This document shows, one piece after another, positions 39,107 through 54,586 of a DNA stretch of 64,000 nt. The notes under the pieces are model-generated. The model made no database searches, was not told the DNA's origin, and saw nothing but the letters and a program-made list of their open reading frames with translations. The stretch comes from Podarcis bocagei. Taxonomy: Eukaryota. The DNA lies in assembly GCA_964188305.1 (NCBI GenBank), contig OZ076889.1; one strand, 5' to 3'. Position 1 is the first letter of the stretch. Each line of letters starts with the position of its first letter. Made by a program: the position numbers and the translations under genes.

Positions 39107-39136
39107 GCTGCTTAGCAACGCAGCGGCCTTAGCAAC
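39107..39136. promoter_or_regulatory. Tandem RFX X-box-like motifs
   Basis: GCTGCTTAGCAAC (39107-39119) and GCGGCCTTAGCAAC (39123-39136) versus consensus GTTGCC(A)TRGCAAC. Confidence 0.6.
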
Positions 39137-39676
39137 CGAGCGGCCACCCCTTTGCATATACAGTATAAATACACACACACACTGCCCGTTTTCGTCAAAA
39201 ACAAAACAAAACCGAGCTGGGCTTCCTCGTTGACAGGTTTGCCAGTGGTTCCCCGCTGGAAGTTTTGAAGCAGCCCAGGAAAGAAGGAGCAGTGGAGGCT
39301 AGAGCAGTTTGTATATGGCAAGAGCAGAACGAGGGGTGTGTAGGGAATTGCGAAGGCTTCGAGACTGATGGGCAGAGACTACGAATTGAGAAGCTAGGAT
39401 TCACGCCTGGAAGCATTTTAATCTGTTTAGGAAACTGCTGTTCCTAAATCATTAAATGTGTGGGGTAACAAGTGGGAGGTCTCTTAACGAGGAGAGAAAG
39501 GCACTGGACACTTTGCTGCATTATTCGTTTATTCTGCATCTCAAATTCCAAAGCTGAGCTCCAGCAGAAAATCAGGGTGGGAGAAAACAAGCCCCACCCC
39601 ACTCCACAAGAACATATTTCTTGGGGTGCAAAAAAGTTTTGCATTTTGTTGTTTATGTTTGCCCTGGCAGGGTTAT

Positions 39677-39707
<31 letters not shown>

Positions 39708-39711
39708 CTAG

Positions 39712-39762
39712 CAGGATTCCTGTGACTTTAACAACTGCATGATGGAGTAGTTCAGACACTTG
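39712..39762 (+). other. ARMH1: Candidate non-coding 5'UTR exon of ARMH1
   Basis: (TTTTG)n tract + cctag|cag (NAGNAG) acceptor and TG|gtgagt donor. Confidence 0.45.
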
Positions 39763-40549
39763 GTGAGTTGAACCTTAATGTCTTTCTGCAGGAAACTCAT
39801 CACAAATCTGAACTACAATGGACAACAATTTTTATCTCACAGCTTATCTAAATTTTAGGTTCTAGAGCCTACAGTATATTGTTTTTACCAAGCACATCAC
39901 TATGAAGGATTCTAGGTTGGGTTGTTTTCATTATGGCTATTTTTGAATGGGTTAAGATGATTCTAATACCAGGCAGAAAGGATCTCCTTTGGGGAGTACT
40001 GTAATATAATTAGTTATTTCAGGGAAGAAGAGTTAGAATGCATTCCTAACCATTCCTACTTAAGAGAAAGTTAATTAAATCCAACAGAGCTTACTGCCAG
40101 GTAAGTGAAATTATGATTGCAGCCTTAGTTACTGGGAAAGATTTTAACATTGTATGTACCAGATGTGAAAACACAGAGAAATGAAAGGGATATCTTCTAA
40201 AATGATTTTATTCAGGCAGCTAGGCTACTTGATATATGAAGAAGTTACTGTCCTTTGGCTAAAGTATGTATGTGCTTTTTACTTCATCTTCTACAATTCA
40301 TCAGGCATATTGATTGTACACTTCTGCTTCCATAGAGCGTTGGAGAAACTGAGATTGGACTCCACTACGTGGTTGGATCACTGTCTATTGGATCTTTAGT
40401 TTATATAATAGATAGTTAGTGATTATGTATATTTATTAACACCTCCAGGATCTTTATAAACTTGGCATCTCATGAGAAATAGGAAAAACCCACAAATTTC
40501 AATAACTTTTTGAGACATGATATATATGACCAAGCCCATAAGAAATATT

Positions 40550-41290
40550 TTTAAGGTGGAGGAATTTTAAAAGCTTAAGTTGTTAGAAATTAACAAATTG
40601 CAAAAGATACTACTGGGACAGGCTCCTTCACTAAAGATGGGAGCCGGGTAACATAATCAATATTCTGAGTGTTTAGAAGTTTCTGTTTTCTGATACTAAA
40701 GAATATATAAAAGCTTAAAAAGGACTGGTAGTTTTCCATTAGAATTCTGTGAGCACTTATCAGAAGAACTTGTACCACATTTAACTCCATTGTTTAACAA
40801 TATACTGAGGTGCCCAAGGTTGAAACTCCTGATATATGTAGGGAGGTGATATTAGTAGTTATCCAAAAGCATTTTGCCCCTTGGGGCAATCCTGTTCATA
40901 TATTAGATGTGAAAATGTTTACTATATTTCTCAATGGAAGGATTAATTATACTCTTATACATTTACACACCCGATATTTAAAGCATATTTATACCACTTT
41001 AACAGCCATGGTTTCTCCCAAAGAATCATGGAAACTGGAGTTTACCCTTAAGTGAATACAGTTCCTAAGATTCTTTGCGAAAGCCTTATGCTTTAAATGA
41101 ATCAAATGCTGTGATTATGACCCATAATCAGGTTGTGAATATCATTCAGTTTCATGAAATGCCCAAAATCCTAATCATTTTTCTCTGGATATGGACAGTA
41201 CACATTGGATTGCTTGAAAAAGATTGCCTTAAAAGGCTTTCAAATAAAATGAATTTCAGGGAACGTTTTGTATGGGCCTTTGGACTGAGA
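40550..41290 (+). mobile_element. Ancient L1-type RT remnant
   Basis: Broken peptides SEELVPHLTPLFNNIL, ILDVKMFTIFLNGRIN and KMNFRERFVW, typical of L1 ORF2; interrupted around 40950-41075. Confidence 0.55.
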
Positions 41291-43842
41291 AGGTGCATTA
41301 AATCATGTTGCTTTTCTGTGAGGGGTCTGTAGCCATTGCTCTGAAAGAGATTAAACAGGTTTGCTCTTCCTACGGATACTAGGTTGTTTTTGAAGAACCT
41401 GCTGCAGTTCTTGCCTGCTCTGCTCAATAACCTAAGAATGTACAGTATTATTCAACCTTTAAATCACCTTAGGCAAATCAGAACAGTGGAAGGAATTCAA
41501 AGTCATGCTAAAACAAAAGTTCCATCAGCACAAACATTTTTGCTTGCCTGATGGAAATACCTCTCCTCTCCATGCTGTTCTGGGCGTTCTCCTGGCACCT
41601 CCCCAAGCTAATTTGTGGGGATGGGGGTGCACAGGGGAGGGGAGGAAGGAAAGTCCCATTGCTTAGTTAAATCCAGCCCTTTAACACCCAAGGTAAAAAA
41701 AGAAATAGTATTTTGTATTGAAAGAAAATGTGTGGGGTCAGTGGCAGTGTTTAAGGCTCCAGATTACAAATAAGCTTCAAGACCTGACGAATGGAAGTTT
41801 TGCTTTTATACTGTTCAACATTAAGGATGCTGTACATATTTTGAATGGCTGTTAAGGTCTCTCTTAAGGGATGTACTGCAACACTAAAATGGCAGTGTTT
41901 CCTAAAGTGTTAGATCTGTTTCAGATTGTGCTTATGGTTCCATTAAAGTGGTTAACAGCTTGGCAAAAATATTATATGACAAGGCAAGAAGCCAAGAATT
42001 GCTAGATTTACTATGCGTTAGCCAATTAAGCATGGTGGGCTTCCTGTTCTGGATTTCACATTGGATTGCTATGCTGCTGAGTTTTGTGATTTCATTAGTT
42101 TGGTACAAGTGCCAGAAAACAAATATTGGAAGAAAATGGAAAACAAAGGGATACCCAATTACTCAGGTACTGTGGTAGGTTTTTCTTTCTAAAGATAGAT
42201 TTAAAACCTGGCAGCATTATATCCCTGCCTTCATATGGGAGAAATGGAAGGAAAGGTTACCTCAGATGTCTTCCCTCTTCCTTTTTTAAAATCCTCCATA
42301 GCAGCTGTGTTGGCAGCACTCAAATGTATACCCAATTGGCATCTTGGATAAATAGGCAGTTTCTATTTGTGGCTCAAGATATCCTTGTACACTAATTCAA
42401 ATGTCTACAAATAAAAAGGCTGGTGAGAGAGACCGCTCTAGAAAACACTTTCTACAAAATTAAGTGCTTTTGTCATTTAACAATATGTACACATGGCAGA
42501 TTTCTCATGTTCTGAGTTCAGCACTTGAACAGGTATGTTTTTACCTCACTGACATCCAGAAATATCTGTGCAGATGGCAAACTTGTGCCAGTCTCAATCT
42601 TTTCCAACTCAATCCAGAAGGCAATTGTGGGCTGAAGTCCCTATGTGTCTAGATTGCAGAAGATAGATGTGGAGCATATAATACCTTTTGAGAGTTTCTC
42701 TGTGGCTGTGCCTTTAAAAATGCATTTTCCTTTGTTGGAAGCCTGAATCTCTTTGTGTCAACTGTGAATAAAGGTAAACATATTCACAGTAGGTGGTGCC
42801 ATTGAATCTTCAAATAAGAACATGATGTGGCCATGCAGCCTTCTCCCCTGTGACTGACTTCTGTGTATCAAGTGCTGCAGCCAAGTAGATGAAGATTTAT
42901 CTTTAGCAGTCAAAGGACTCATTGCTTCCTAGAAAAAGGAGGGAATATATGCCCCCATAAAAATATGGAGATGTTAATTTAGAATCAAACTAGCAATTGT
43001 TTCAGTTGGAAAGTTCTTTTAACTAGATCAGTGTAGAGGACACAGGTGCACAATATGGAGCTATAATTTATAGTGAATGTCCCAAGATGAAAAACAACTT
43101 CTGCCAAAACGCAAATATCAGCTACAAGGCTCACGAGTAAGATTTCACAAATATTCTGTAAATCAAGTGAATGAGACTCATGTTTCACCTCTTCCTCTGA
43201 AAGGCTGCTACAGCTGTTCCCTTGTCAGTGCTAACATTTGTTATGGCTAATAACACTTTCAATCACAACTATTTGAGGAAAATTGATTTATTTAGAACCT
43301 TCTCTCCTATGCTGAAAATACTCTGCCAAGGACAAAAGCTCCTGCAAACCACAGGTTGTTAATTCCCTGATGGATTCCTATGCATGTCTCAGCACTGCTT
43401 CTTCATACATTTTTGAAGGGGCTGTAAAGAAAAAAAATGAGATAGGTAAGCTCTTCTTTATATTTAATGTTGCTTTTATCATAGCAATTCTGTAAATGTT
43501 ACCCCTCAAATTTTTGTATGTGAATCAAATTTGAGTTTCATGTGTTGTCTATAGGATAAATAAGATTAGTGGGGCAGTGCTGACATAACTTCCAAGATGT
43601 CTGTGTTGAGTTTTTGCCTTTCAGACCGACCTACAGAATCCATTTTAATTAGCCACTTCACCAAATCCAAAATTTGGTAACTACAGAATGACACTGCTTG
43701 TTAAGCCTACATTACTGAAAGACTTGTTAGTACCTTGACAAAACAAACAAGGCTTTAATATGGTTCAAACTATGGTTTAAAACAAGCATGGTGACTTCCT
43801 TTAAATTGCTATTTTAATGTGAGATGCAAAGTGTGTCAAAGT

Positions 43843-43978
43843 CAGGCATAGGCAAACTCGGCCTTCCAGATGTTTTGAGACTACAACTCCCATCATCCCT
43901 GACCACTGGTCCTGTTAGCTAGGAATAATGGGAGTTGTACTCCTGAAACATCTGGAGGGCTGAGTTTGCCTATGCCTG
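43843..43978. mobile_element. 136-bp palindromic hAT MITE
   Basis: TIR CAGGCATAGGCAAACTC; perfect 8-bp TSD gtcaaagt. Confidence 0.92.
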
Positions 43979-44010
43979 GTCAAAGTAGATGGGGCTGGTG
44001 TCTTCTCTGA

Positions 44011-44683
<673 letters not shown>

Positions 44684-44752
44684 TTACATGTATGGAACGT
44701 GCCTAGAGCAACAATTGAAGTCCATTGGGATCTTCCTATCAGCTGCAAGTGG
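44684..44752 (+). CDS. ARMH1: ARMH1 coding exon 2
   Basis: (T)YMYGTCLEQQLKSIGIFLSAAS(G)|gtgagt; 69 nt, phase 2/2; not in the ORF track. Confidence 0.9.
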
Positions 44753-45450
44753 GTGAGTAAAAAATGTACCATTTCTATATTTGGATAGGATCCTGAGGTT
44801 TTTAGCACATTATGTTGGTGTGAAAGAGGTAATGAGAACGTGGTGTTTGGGAAAATGTAACCGTATTATCAAAGAGATTGGCAAATATAAAAAGCTCTGT
44901 TTTCTGTGGCTTGGTGCTTCTTTGTCTGCTGCATAAATAACCATTTTATCAAACATGAAATCATGCAAATGATGGGCGTAAAGCCGAATAAACAAACATT
45001 CCAAATTCCAAATCATGCAACTTGCACACTGGCATGGCTTCAGGAATAAAAACTACTCCAGCAACAACCATAGGGAATGTTCTTAGATGAAGCATTCCTA
45101 TAATCTCCTTGGCTGAGATACCAGGTTGTAAGTGTTGGATTTGGGAATACCTATGCCCAGTTCTGTATATGGAAAATGTGGTCAAAGTTTTCTTCCACTG
45201 TAAGAAAACTGGAATTGCTTTAGTTCATCAGCTTGCATTCCTGTAAAGAATGGAACACTATTTAGTGAATGACTGAAGTGCAAAGTCTTTCCCTTGGCAG
45301 CTCTGCTGCTTTAGTAAAGGGGTTGCTAAAGTGGTGTTTAGGAAGAGAAGCAGTGGAGCTGCCAATTACTTTGCCTATGAAAAGAAACTTAACTGTTAAT
45401 AAGTGTTAAATAATAACTGAAATCATATTATGCAATCTTGTTGCAAATAG

Positions 45451-45675
<225 letters not shown>

Positions 45676-46505
45676 TGAGATGTACTGCCAGATATTTAAG
45701 TGAAGTGGTTTTCTGGCCTCAGGGTTTTCCCCATAGAGCTCAGCTTATTCTTTCCACCCCAGTGAATACTGCTGATAGAAAAGAGTTGCTTTCTTCTTCA
45801 GTATCTCACCTGTCACAAGTTCATCAATAAAAGGGCATGGAAACATTTGATTCTCACAAGGATCTTACTTTGTAGTGTTTTCCTTTCATTGCAGTATATA
45901 GCAGCCAGGATATTTCTACCTGTAGAAGATGAATAGATCTCTGAAACATCAGCATATTAATAACTCTGTAAAGTTTCCTTTCTTGGGTAGAGTAGGATGT
46001 AGTGTTTTAACTACAGTATTAAAAATTAGTGTATGGGGAGTTAAACGCAAATAAATTCAGCTGGGAGGGAATATAAACTTTTTTTAGTATCTCCCATAAA
46101 GTGACAGTGGATGCTTGTTTACTGCATTGCTCCACTGAAATGGATGAGTGTGATATATGTCCATCCCAGTCCAGCAAGGGAAAGCTGTATGTGAAAAGTA
46201 CACTGTAAATGGGGATGCAGATTTTGCATCTGGATGTGCATTCACATAGGAGTGCTCAATGAATCTCATTTAACTGGTTGAATATAGCTTTTCATGCAAA
46301 TCTGAAGCTGCATCCAAATTCAGAGCCAGTCATTGCTGCCCATAACTAGTTGTGTGATCTTGAACTATATTGATTAGATTGGATTTATATTCTGCATTAT
46401 CCCACTGGCTCAAAGCAGCTTACAGTGGCTTTCCCCCTAAACCTTAATAGTCCTGTTCCCTAAGCTCCCACTTCCTACTTGCTGCAAGCCATATATAAGA
46501 GAGAG

Positions 46506-46508
<3 letters not shown>

Positions 46509-46560
<52 letters not shown>
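46509..46560. repeat. Compound microsatellite (CT)n(CA)n
   Basis: Read directly from the sequence. Confidence 0.95.
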
Positions 46561-46561
<1 letters not shown>

Positions 46562-47147
46562 TCTTGTGTTTACTCTGAAGTGAATCCCACTGAGTCCAAT
46601 TTGGCTTACTCCCAAGAATACAAAGTGCATGTTTAACAATTGTAACCTTAGACCAGCACAATTTCAAAAACAAGGACTGATTGAAACAGGGATTAAATCA
46701 ACTGAATAAGGAGGCTATTTATTATTTATTTATTCATTTGCCCTAAAGTCTACAGAATTTTTACATAAATTGGCAAATCCTTGAAAACTCAAAGTCTGAA
46801 AACCATTGCATATTTTAGCTAGTGTGAGGTGCAATGGCTTCACTCCACTTTGTTTTCAGTTGTAGACTCTGAAGGTGTATGGAAAACAAGATTTACTTGA
46901 TTGATCCAAAATTTTCCATACATGATATCATTTGAGAAACCCATTTAGTGATTAAATAGATGTGATGTTAAGTGTGTCTTTACATAAATCACACACATTT
47001 TAAGAATTGCAAATAGCAATTGGTTACAATCATGTTCACTATTAGAGTGATTGCTTGCCAATGGTACTCTGCACATTTACCAATGTATAAGGGTGTCCTT
47101 TGTTACTTACAAAATACTTGTATTAAAACATGGGGCTGCTTAGCTGA

Positions 47148-47516
<369 letters not shown>

Positions 47517-48401
47517 TAGCCAGTGCAGGGTCTACAAACTGCACATATATATTGCTATTAACAGTTAAATGGATCTAAGTGCCAAATACCATGCCAAAGG
47601 AACCAACTATATTAGACAAGAAAGGCTAACAGATCTGACCTGAGTTTGATAATTGAACTATAAGTAATGGAGATATAAGTAACCCAAATACATTGCCTTA
47701 GAATACAATGTTTGTAATTGTATTTAAATAGGTTTAAAGGGAGTTTCTTTTTAAAAATTACTGAAAAACTATTCTGCCCCCATGTCTAAAATCTGAAATA
47801 GTACCCCTGAAAATAGGTGGTTTTTTTAGCTAAGAACTGTCAGCTGTAGAACACACCACCCCAATTATGGCTAGATCTAGAAATTTAGGGATACATAGAA
47901 CTTATTGACACCTCCCTTAACCATTCTAGCTAATGATTATTTCTAATTAATGCACTTATAAAACTGATTGGTATAACAGATTCATGAAGAAAGAGTGGTC
48001 TCCCTAAATACTGCCCTTGCATCTTTATGGTTCATTGCAGCATGTTGTCTGATCTCACCTGGGTGAGTTCACATTACTGCATTAGAGAAGTTGTTTTTTT
48101 GTTCATTTTACAGCTCTTGCACCCCAAGTTGTTTATATCAGCACAGCTTTAATTTGCAACAGGGAACTTCAATCAGTTACAGCAATCTCCCTTTTACATT
48201 CTTACAAAATGAATTGTCTCCCCATAGAGTGTTTCATGTATAAGCTAAAATATCGTCTGACGTGTTCCTAAAAGGGATTTGCATCACCAGGTCAAAATAT
48301 AATCTTTTGTCTGCTTGATCATGCTGAAGATTTGGGTAGCCCAGCTCTTCCTTGTGATCTCTTGATTGTGACCTATATTTTTCATGCTTGTTCTGTATTA
48401 G

Positions 48402-48572
<171 letters not shown>

Positions 48573-49376
48573 TGAAGCCAACCCTCAAATCGTTGAGTCC
48601 AGGTGACTACCACATACTGAAATTGAAAATCAGTTTTAAAACAATGCACCAATGAGCCAAATGTCTATAGGAAGGGAAGAACCCTAGTAACTAAGGCATT
48701 CATGAAAAGCAAATTTTATGTAAGGTACGGCACAAGGTAGCCTACTTACAAGGCATACTGGTCTTTGGCTGGTGCCAAAGCTGGGTGAATCCAGTGTGTG
48801 TTCTACGGTAATTTGCATGGTAGCTACCACAATTTTCTTTTTTAATGCTATATTTGCTTCAAAACAGATAACTTACAAATTCCCAAGTAGCATAAACAAC
48901 ATGTCTTCAAAGCAGGTGACTCACTGGCCTTTATTCCATACAGTTAAGCTGTGTAGTTAGTGCTACCATTTTTTTTTTTTAAACTAGTCTACACATTTTA
49001 TGAAAGAACCAACAGACAGTGCCTTTACGGAGGGATTGAAGTCTTTAGGAACATGAGAACTGCACAATTAACGTGCTATATTGCCTAGTGCATTAACAAA
49101 CCCACTTGAAAAAAGTTGAGTGTTCTTTGTCCTATAACTGCCATATAAACATAAGAGGGAGCTGCTGGATAAGGCCAGTGGCCCATCTAGTCCAGTATCC
49201 CATTCTCAGTGGCAGCCAGCAGCCTATGGAAAGCCCAAAAGCAGGACCTGTGCTCTCCCCGCCTATGATTCCCAGTAACTGGTAAACACACTGGAACAAA
49301 TGATTAACAAAGACTGGACATAGTTGAACCACCTTTTAGGCTTTGTGTAGGCAAATTACTCCCCAAGAAAAACTGA

Positions 49377-49745
<369 letters not shown>

Positions 49746-50289
49746 TGAAAAAACAACTTCACTGCTCTCTAAGGCAGTAATGTGAACACACACTTACTGT
49801 AGCATTAATATTCTTCATGTGTTGAGAAGGGAAGGCATATATTTTAAGTCCATCCTCTGTTCCTTTTCTTTTATCATGGGGCCCAACCTCTTTCCTCATT
49901 CATACCTGAAAACCTCTATCAAGTTCCAAGTTTGCTCAGAGCGGGACTGTAGGGGTATGGAATGAGAACCCATTGTGATAGAACAGAAATTCATCTCAAT
50001 CACCAGTCTGAGAAACTGGAGCAGGGAGGGCTGCAGGCAAACATTGACATCTTTCAAAGCAGACCCAAACCAACATTCCCTGCTTACCATCAAGGAATCA
50101 AATTTCTGCATGGCGTGTGAAACAGCAATTAGCTGGTGCTAGCCTAAGTTAAACTGTGCTGCTGGATAGGTACTGAATGGATTTTCTGTGCAATTCAGTT
50201 CTTTCTGGACAATGTTTTAGGTCAAAAGCAAAGATTTGGGGCAGTTATGAGACACAGTACCTGACTCCTACATTGTTTCCTACATACAG

Positions 50290-50362
50290 AAGCTGGTACG
50301 TTACACCTGATGGAGTCCTTGCCAGCATATATTCAGCAAGCTGCCGCTGCCAAAGCCATTGG
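50290..50362 (+). CDS. ARMH1: ARMH1 coding exon 7
   Basis: EAGTLHLMESLPAYIQQAAAAKAIG|gtaaga; 73 nt, phase 1/2. Confidence 0.9.
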
Positions 50363-51350
50363 GTAAGAGATTATGATGGGTTACTGGAACCAGTTGCCAA
50401 CACAGAGGCAAACTGTGAAGCACTCTTAGCCCAGTTTTGGGTAGGCCACAGATGCAAACTAGAAAACACCTCACTTACTGTGTGAAACAGCCACGATTCC
50501 ACAGTCCAGATTGGCAAATTATATACTGTACACCCACTTCACCTGCTATTCAGATGGAGGCAGTAGGGAACTAGGTTGGGCAGTGTTTTTATATATATTT
50601 TAATTGATGGTGTTAACTGTATGTTTTAATCATACTATGATATCTACTTGCTGCATTTTGCTCCAAGAACCTCAAAGTAGCAATTTTAGTCTCTTAACAT
50701 AGCACACTGGCTAAGAGTGACTTGCATTGCCCAAGGCCAGCAAGTAACCAAGCATATAGATCCAAACATTACTACAAAATGGCTTTCAAGGATTGAAGTT
50801 GAATCCATGCCTTCTGCTTCTTGATGCAACATTAGACAGCCAGCATCGCATCCAGTCCCTTAAAACACATTCAGAACTAGAATACCTATATAATCCAGCC
50901 ACTATCCTCTTACCTTTCAGAGTTTATAACATGAGCTAGAATAGTCAGGTTATCAATGGAGCTATACATAAAATATGCAGCTCCTCTCTAATCATTTTAG
51001 GGTTATCATCTTCAGCACTAGACAAAGTATTTGCTGCTGTCACCATCCACCTTACTAGGCTTAGCACCATAACAACTCATTCAATACAACAGATTTGCCC
51101 GGTCAGCTTATTTTCTTGGCAGCATGTGCCTTTAACAACTGTTGCAGAAATCCAGCTGAACCTGTAGGATGTTTCCTATTATTATTGGATGTCTCACTGT
51201 CAACCAGCTGGTAAAGGGCACAGAACAACCTAGATTTCTCTGGCTTGTAAATTAGTGGGATGCTCCCTCTGCTCTTAAACCCCCTTCCCCCTCTCTTATC
51301 GGTTTATTGAAAACATTTTTATCCCACTCTTCAAACACTCAACTTTGCAG

Positions 51351-51480
51351 AATTCTGGCCCAAGACTCCAGAGATGTGGCTGAGGAGCTGGTCTTCTTGA
51401 GAGTGGTGCATGGTCTCATGTGTGCCATGGGCAACAAAGATCACACTAACTGCCAGAGGCAGGCCAGCATTACCCTTGAG
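51351..51480 (+). CDS. ARMH1: ARMH1 coding exon 8 (GC donor)
   Basis: ILAQDSRDVAEELVFLRVVHGLMCAMGNKDHTNCQRQASITLE|GCAAGT. Confidence 0.9.
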
Positions 51481-51988
51481 GCAAGTGACTTTGTTGAAAA
51501 GGAGGGAACTGGGCGTAGATGTCTATTGTCACTTTTTCAAAGCTCTCTAACTGAAGGGGTTGTTTCAGTGGGTGGAATGGATGGATTGGATGAGATAAAA
51601 CGTTAGTCAGTTGATTAAGCACTAAAGAATACAAAGATCAGACTATGACAGGAGTAAGTAAGGCTTTCTTAGAATTTAACATGCATGGCTTGTAGATGTT
51701 GGAAGCATGGGAGCAGAAACTGCCTGTATATTTAAGCCAAAATATACAGAAGTATTTTAAAACTGTTTCTAATGTATTTTAATGCCCTGGGATCTTAGGG
51801 TGAAGGGCGGGTAATTAATAAATTAATACTACTACAGAACTTTTAAAGTCTCTATTGTGCAGCCCCCCACTAAAGATTCTGAGTGATGAAGACCAGAACA
51901 ATAAATACTAATGAAACCTGGGTAGTAAATATTAGATTGCAGAGTTTTATACTCCTGTAGCTTACAAAGGGCTGCATCCAACATTATA

Positions 51989-52209
51989 CAGTCAAACATC
52001 GGATCCCGAACGCCTGTGTTTTGGAATGTTTTGACTACCAAACGCCAAAAACCCAGAAGTAAATGCTCCGGTTTTCGAACGTTTTTCAGAAGCCAAACAT
52101 CCAACGCAGCTTCCGCTTGAGTGCAGAAAGCTCCTGCAACCAATCAGAAGCCGCACCTCGATTGTCAGACATTTCAGAAGCCAAACGTTCGACAACTGAG
52201 GTTTGACTG
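51989..52209. mobile_element. Tc1/mariner (Tigger-like) MITE, CAGTCAAAC subtype
   Basis: TA|CAGTCAAACATC...GAGGTTTGACTG|TA. Confidence 0.87.
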
Positions 52210-52454
52210 TACAAGCTAAGTTTCACTTGTGCAATGGAGTCCTGTTTCCTCACCTCTCTGCATTCAAAATTTGCTCCAGAGTATACGCAACCCTCTGGAG
52301 TCTGGAGAGTTTAAGGATGAATCATGGGCTGGAGAGAAGGGAGAAGTTATGTTAACTCAAGCAGAAGTCTGCTGCACAAACAGAAAAGCAGAGTTGGATA
52401 CAACCCAAGAATTATTCTTATTTTCCCAATGGATTAAATTGTGTTCCCCTGCAG

Positions 52455-52532
52455 CATTTTGTAAGGATGTTCATAGTGGTGGAGAATCAAACCCGAAGCG
52501 CCATGGGAGAAAAATTGTTCGAGCTCTTTATG
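52455..52532 (+). CDS. ARMH1: ARMH1 coding exon 9
   Basis: ctgcag|HFVRMFIVVENQTRSAMGEKLFELFM|gtatgt; phase 0/0. Confidence 0.88.
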
Positions 52533-53976
52533 GTATGTCTTGTCTATCCTCTGTACTAAGGTTATGGGACTCAGATATGAGATGTTTTATTTGGCCAAAG
52601 CAACAGTGAGATTTAAGACAAAACACCTGAAATCCCAAACCACTTTTCTGAATTGTTTAGAAGTCTTCCCTCCCCCCAGCAACTATAGTAAGAATCACTA
52701 TCTTCTGTGGCATAGCCAGTGTAGACAAGATCTTCAGTAACTGTTAAATTCAAATGAATGCTTTAAGAGAGCCAGAGTTCAGAAAGGGTAGTGGTATCTT
52801 CTTACTACTTCTGCCATTGTAAAAGCTGCTTTCTGTTTACCAGGTTTCTCTTATCCTCTTATCTTAAACCACTTAGAAACCTATTTTAAGAGCATTAAGC
52901 AGTATTTAAATTAATAACAATCTTGAAGAGGAGGAACATAGAAAGTGGCCCAGTAGAGGGAAAGCACAGCTCTAGATCATTTTTCAGAATAAGGGCAAGA
53001 ACATCATATGCCAGAGTAACTGATGGACACTGATGCCTCCAGCATATGACTGTGGTGATGAGGCTTTCGAATTTGCTTATGACGGATTAACCAAAAAAGT
53101 CTGAGAATGAAGAAAATAATCAAGCAGAGGCCTAAAATACTTAACTTGCCTCTTTAAACCACAGCACCATCCCATGCAATATTCCAGCCTTCTTTCCATA
53201 CTGTGATTTATCTTCTTAGCAATTTTTGCTTTTCCATTCCTAAGTAAACATATTCAACCATATTTCTCCATTTCTGTAAAAGTTGTTCTGAACATTGGAT
53301 TGGCAGATTTTGAAAGAAATTAATTTGGGAAGCCTGCATATTTTAAAGTGTGGATTTACTAGTAAAGCTAATTCTAATACAGCCTCTGACTTCGTAGCTG
53401 CTTATGATGGTTATACTAACCAACCACCTACAATTATTGAATGATGTTTTATACGAAGTCTCAAAACTATTTACAATAAATATTTTCTATTTTTCAAAAC
53501 ATTAAAACACATGGCATTAGTACAGCAGCACTAAAGTCCAGATTGAGCAACTGCAACAATATAATTAAACCTACCCCCTATGTCAAAGAATAAAAATGAT
53601 ATTCCCTGGTGGCAAAATGATAATAAAATTGTCATCAGGTGTGCCTTTCTGAAGAGAGCATTCTAAAAAGATGGTGAACTATTACAGAGTAGGCCCATTC
53701 ATCTTTCTTCTAAATTTTCCAAATATCCAATTTCAATCAAATGCCAGGCAGCCATTAGTCCTTTAGCTAATTAAAATATTCCAAGAAGTTCACTGTTCAG
53801 ATACAGTCATCCTAGCCTTTGAGTGAAGAGACATGTAGAGACAACTCCATTAGAGTGGCCCTTGTTTCAAGGAAGAGATGCCAATGAACCATCAGGAATT
53901 GCCCTCCGTTTATTTCCAACCCTTGGAAAGTTCCTGCTTTTCAATAAAGTGCCTGTCTTACCTTTCTTCCCTCTAG

Positions 53977-54091
53977 CAAGATGCTACAAACTTGTACCTG
54001 AATATGGATGCTGTGCAGGCTGTTATCCTGGCCACCAATATAGTCAATATTCCGGAATATATTTTGGCTCAGGCAAAAATGGATATTCCAG
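53977..54091 (+). CDS. ARMH1: ARMH1 coding exon 10
   Basis: ctctag|QDATNLYLNMDAVQAVILATNIVNIP...; probable donor CAG|gtatgt at 54092, or read-through to the stop at 54192. Confidence 0.8.
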
Positions 54092-54586
54092 GTATGTTGG
54101 GCACAGTTGTGGACAAAATAACTTTGGAATATGTAGATACCTCCTTAATGCTAAAAAAAAGGGGGGGAGAGGGAAGGGAAATAATGGGATGACATATTGT
54201 GTAGGCAGGTTGTGAATAAGTACAAAAATATGAACTGGGACAAGTTACTAGTTCACAACAGTATAAACAAGAAGGGTCTTATGTTAATTCAACAAGTCCA
54301 GAGGGGACAGAAATTACATATGAAATCTGTAGAAAGAAATGCTAGTTAGATGACAAGAAAAAAAGTACTGTGTCTACTCTTGAGAGTGATGTGCATGTTG
54401 GCGTGCAGCCCTTTGAGGGCTGGTAAAGCCTCAATGTGGCTCTCAAGCAAAAAGTGTTAGCCACCCCTGTATTATGCATTTATAATCTTTATGACTTCAC
54501 TTGTGCATACTGCATTTTATTTTATGGAAACTGCCATGTGAGGATGCTTGGCCTAAAAGGCAGCTTACCAGTACCTTAAGTAAATA

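Larger units (their letters stand above)
38560..39300. promoter_or_regulatory. CpG island / bidirectional promoter of TMEM53 and ARMH1
   Basis: The only dense non-repeat CpG cluster in the window; GC box (gccccgcc), ETS-like ccggaa and cttccg, two RFX X-box-like motifs. Confidence 0.8.
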
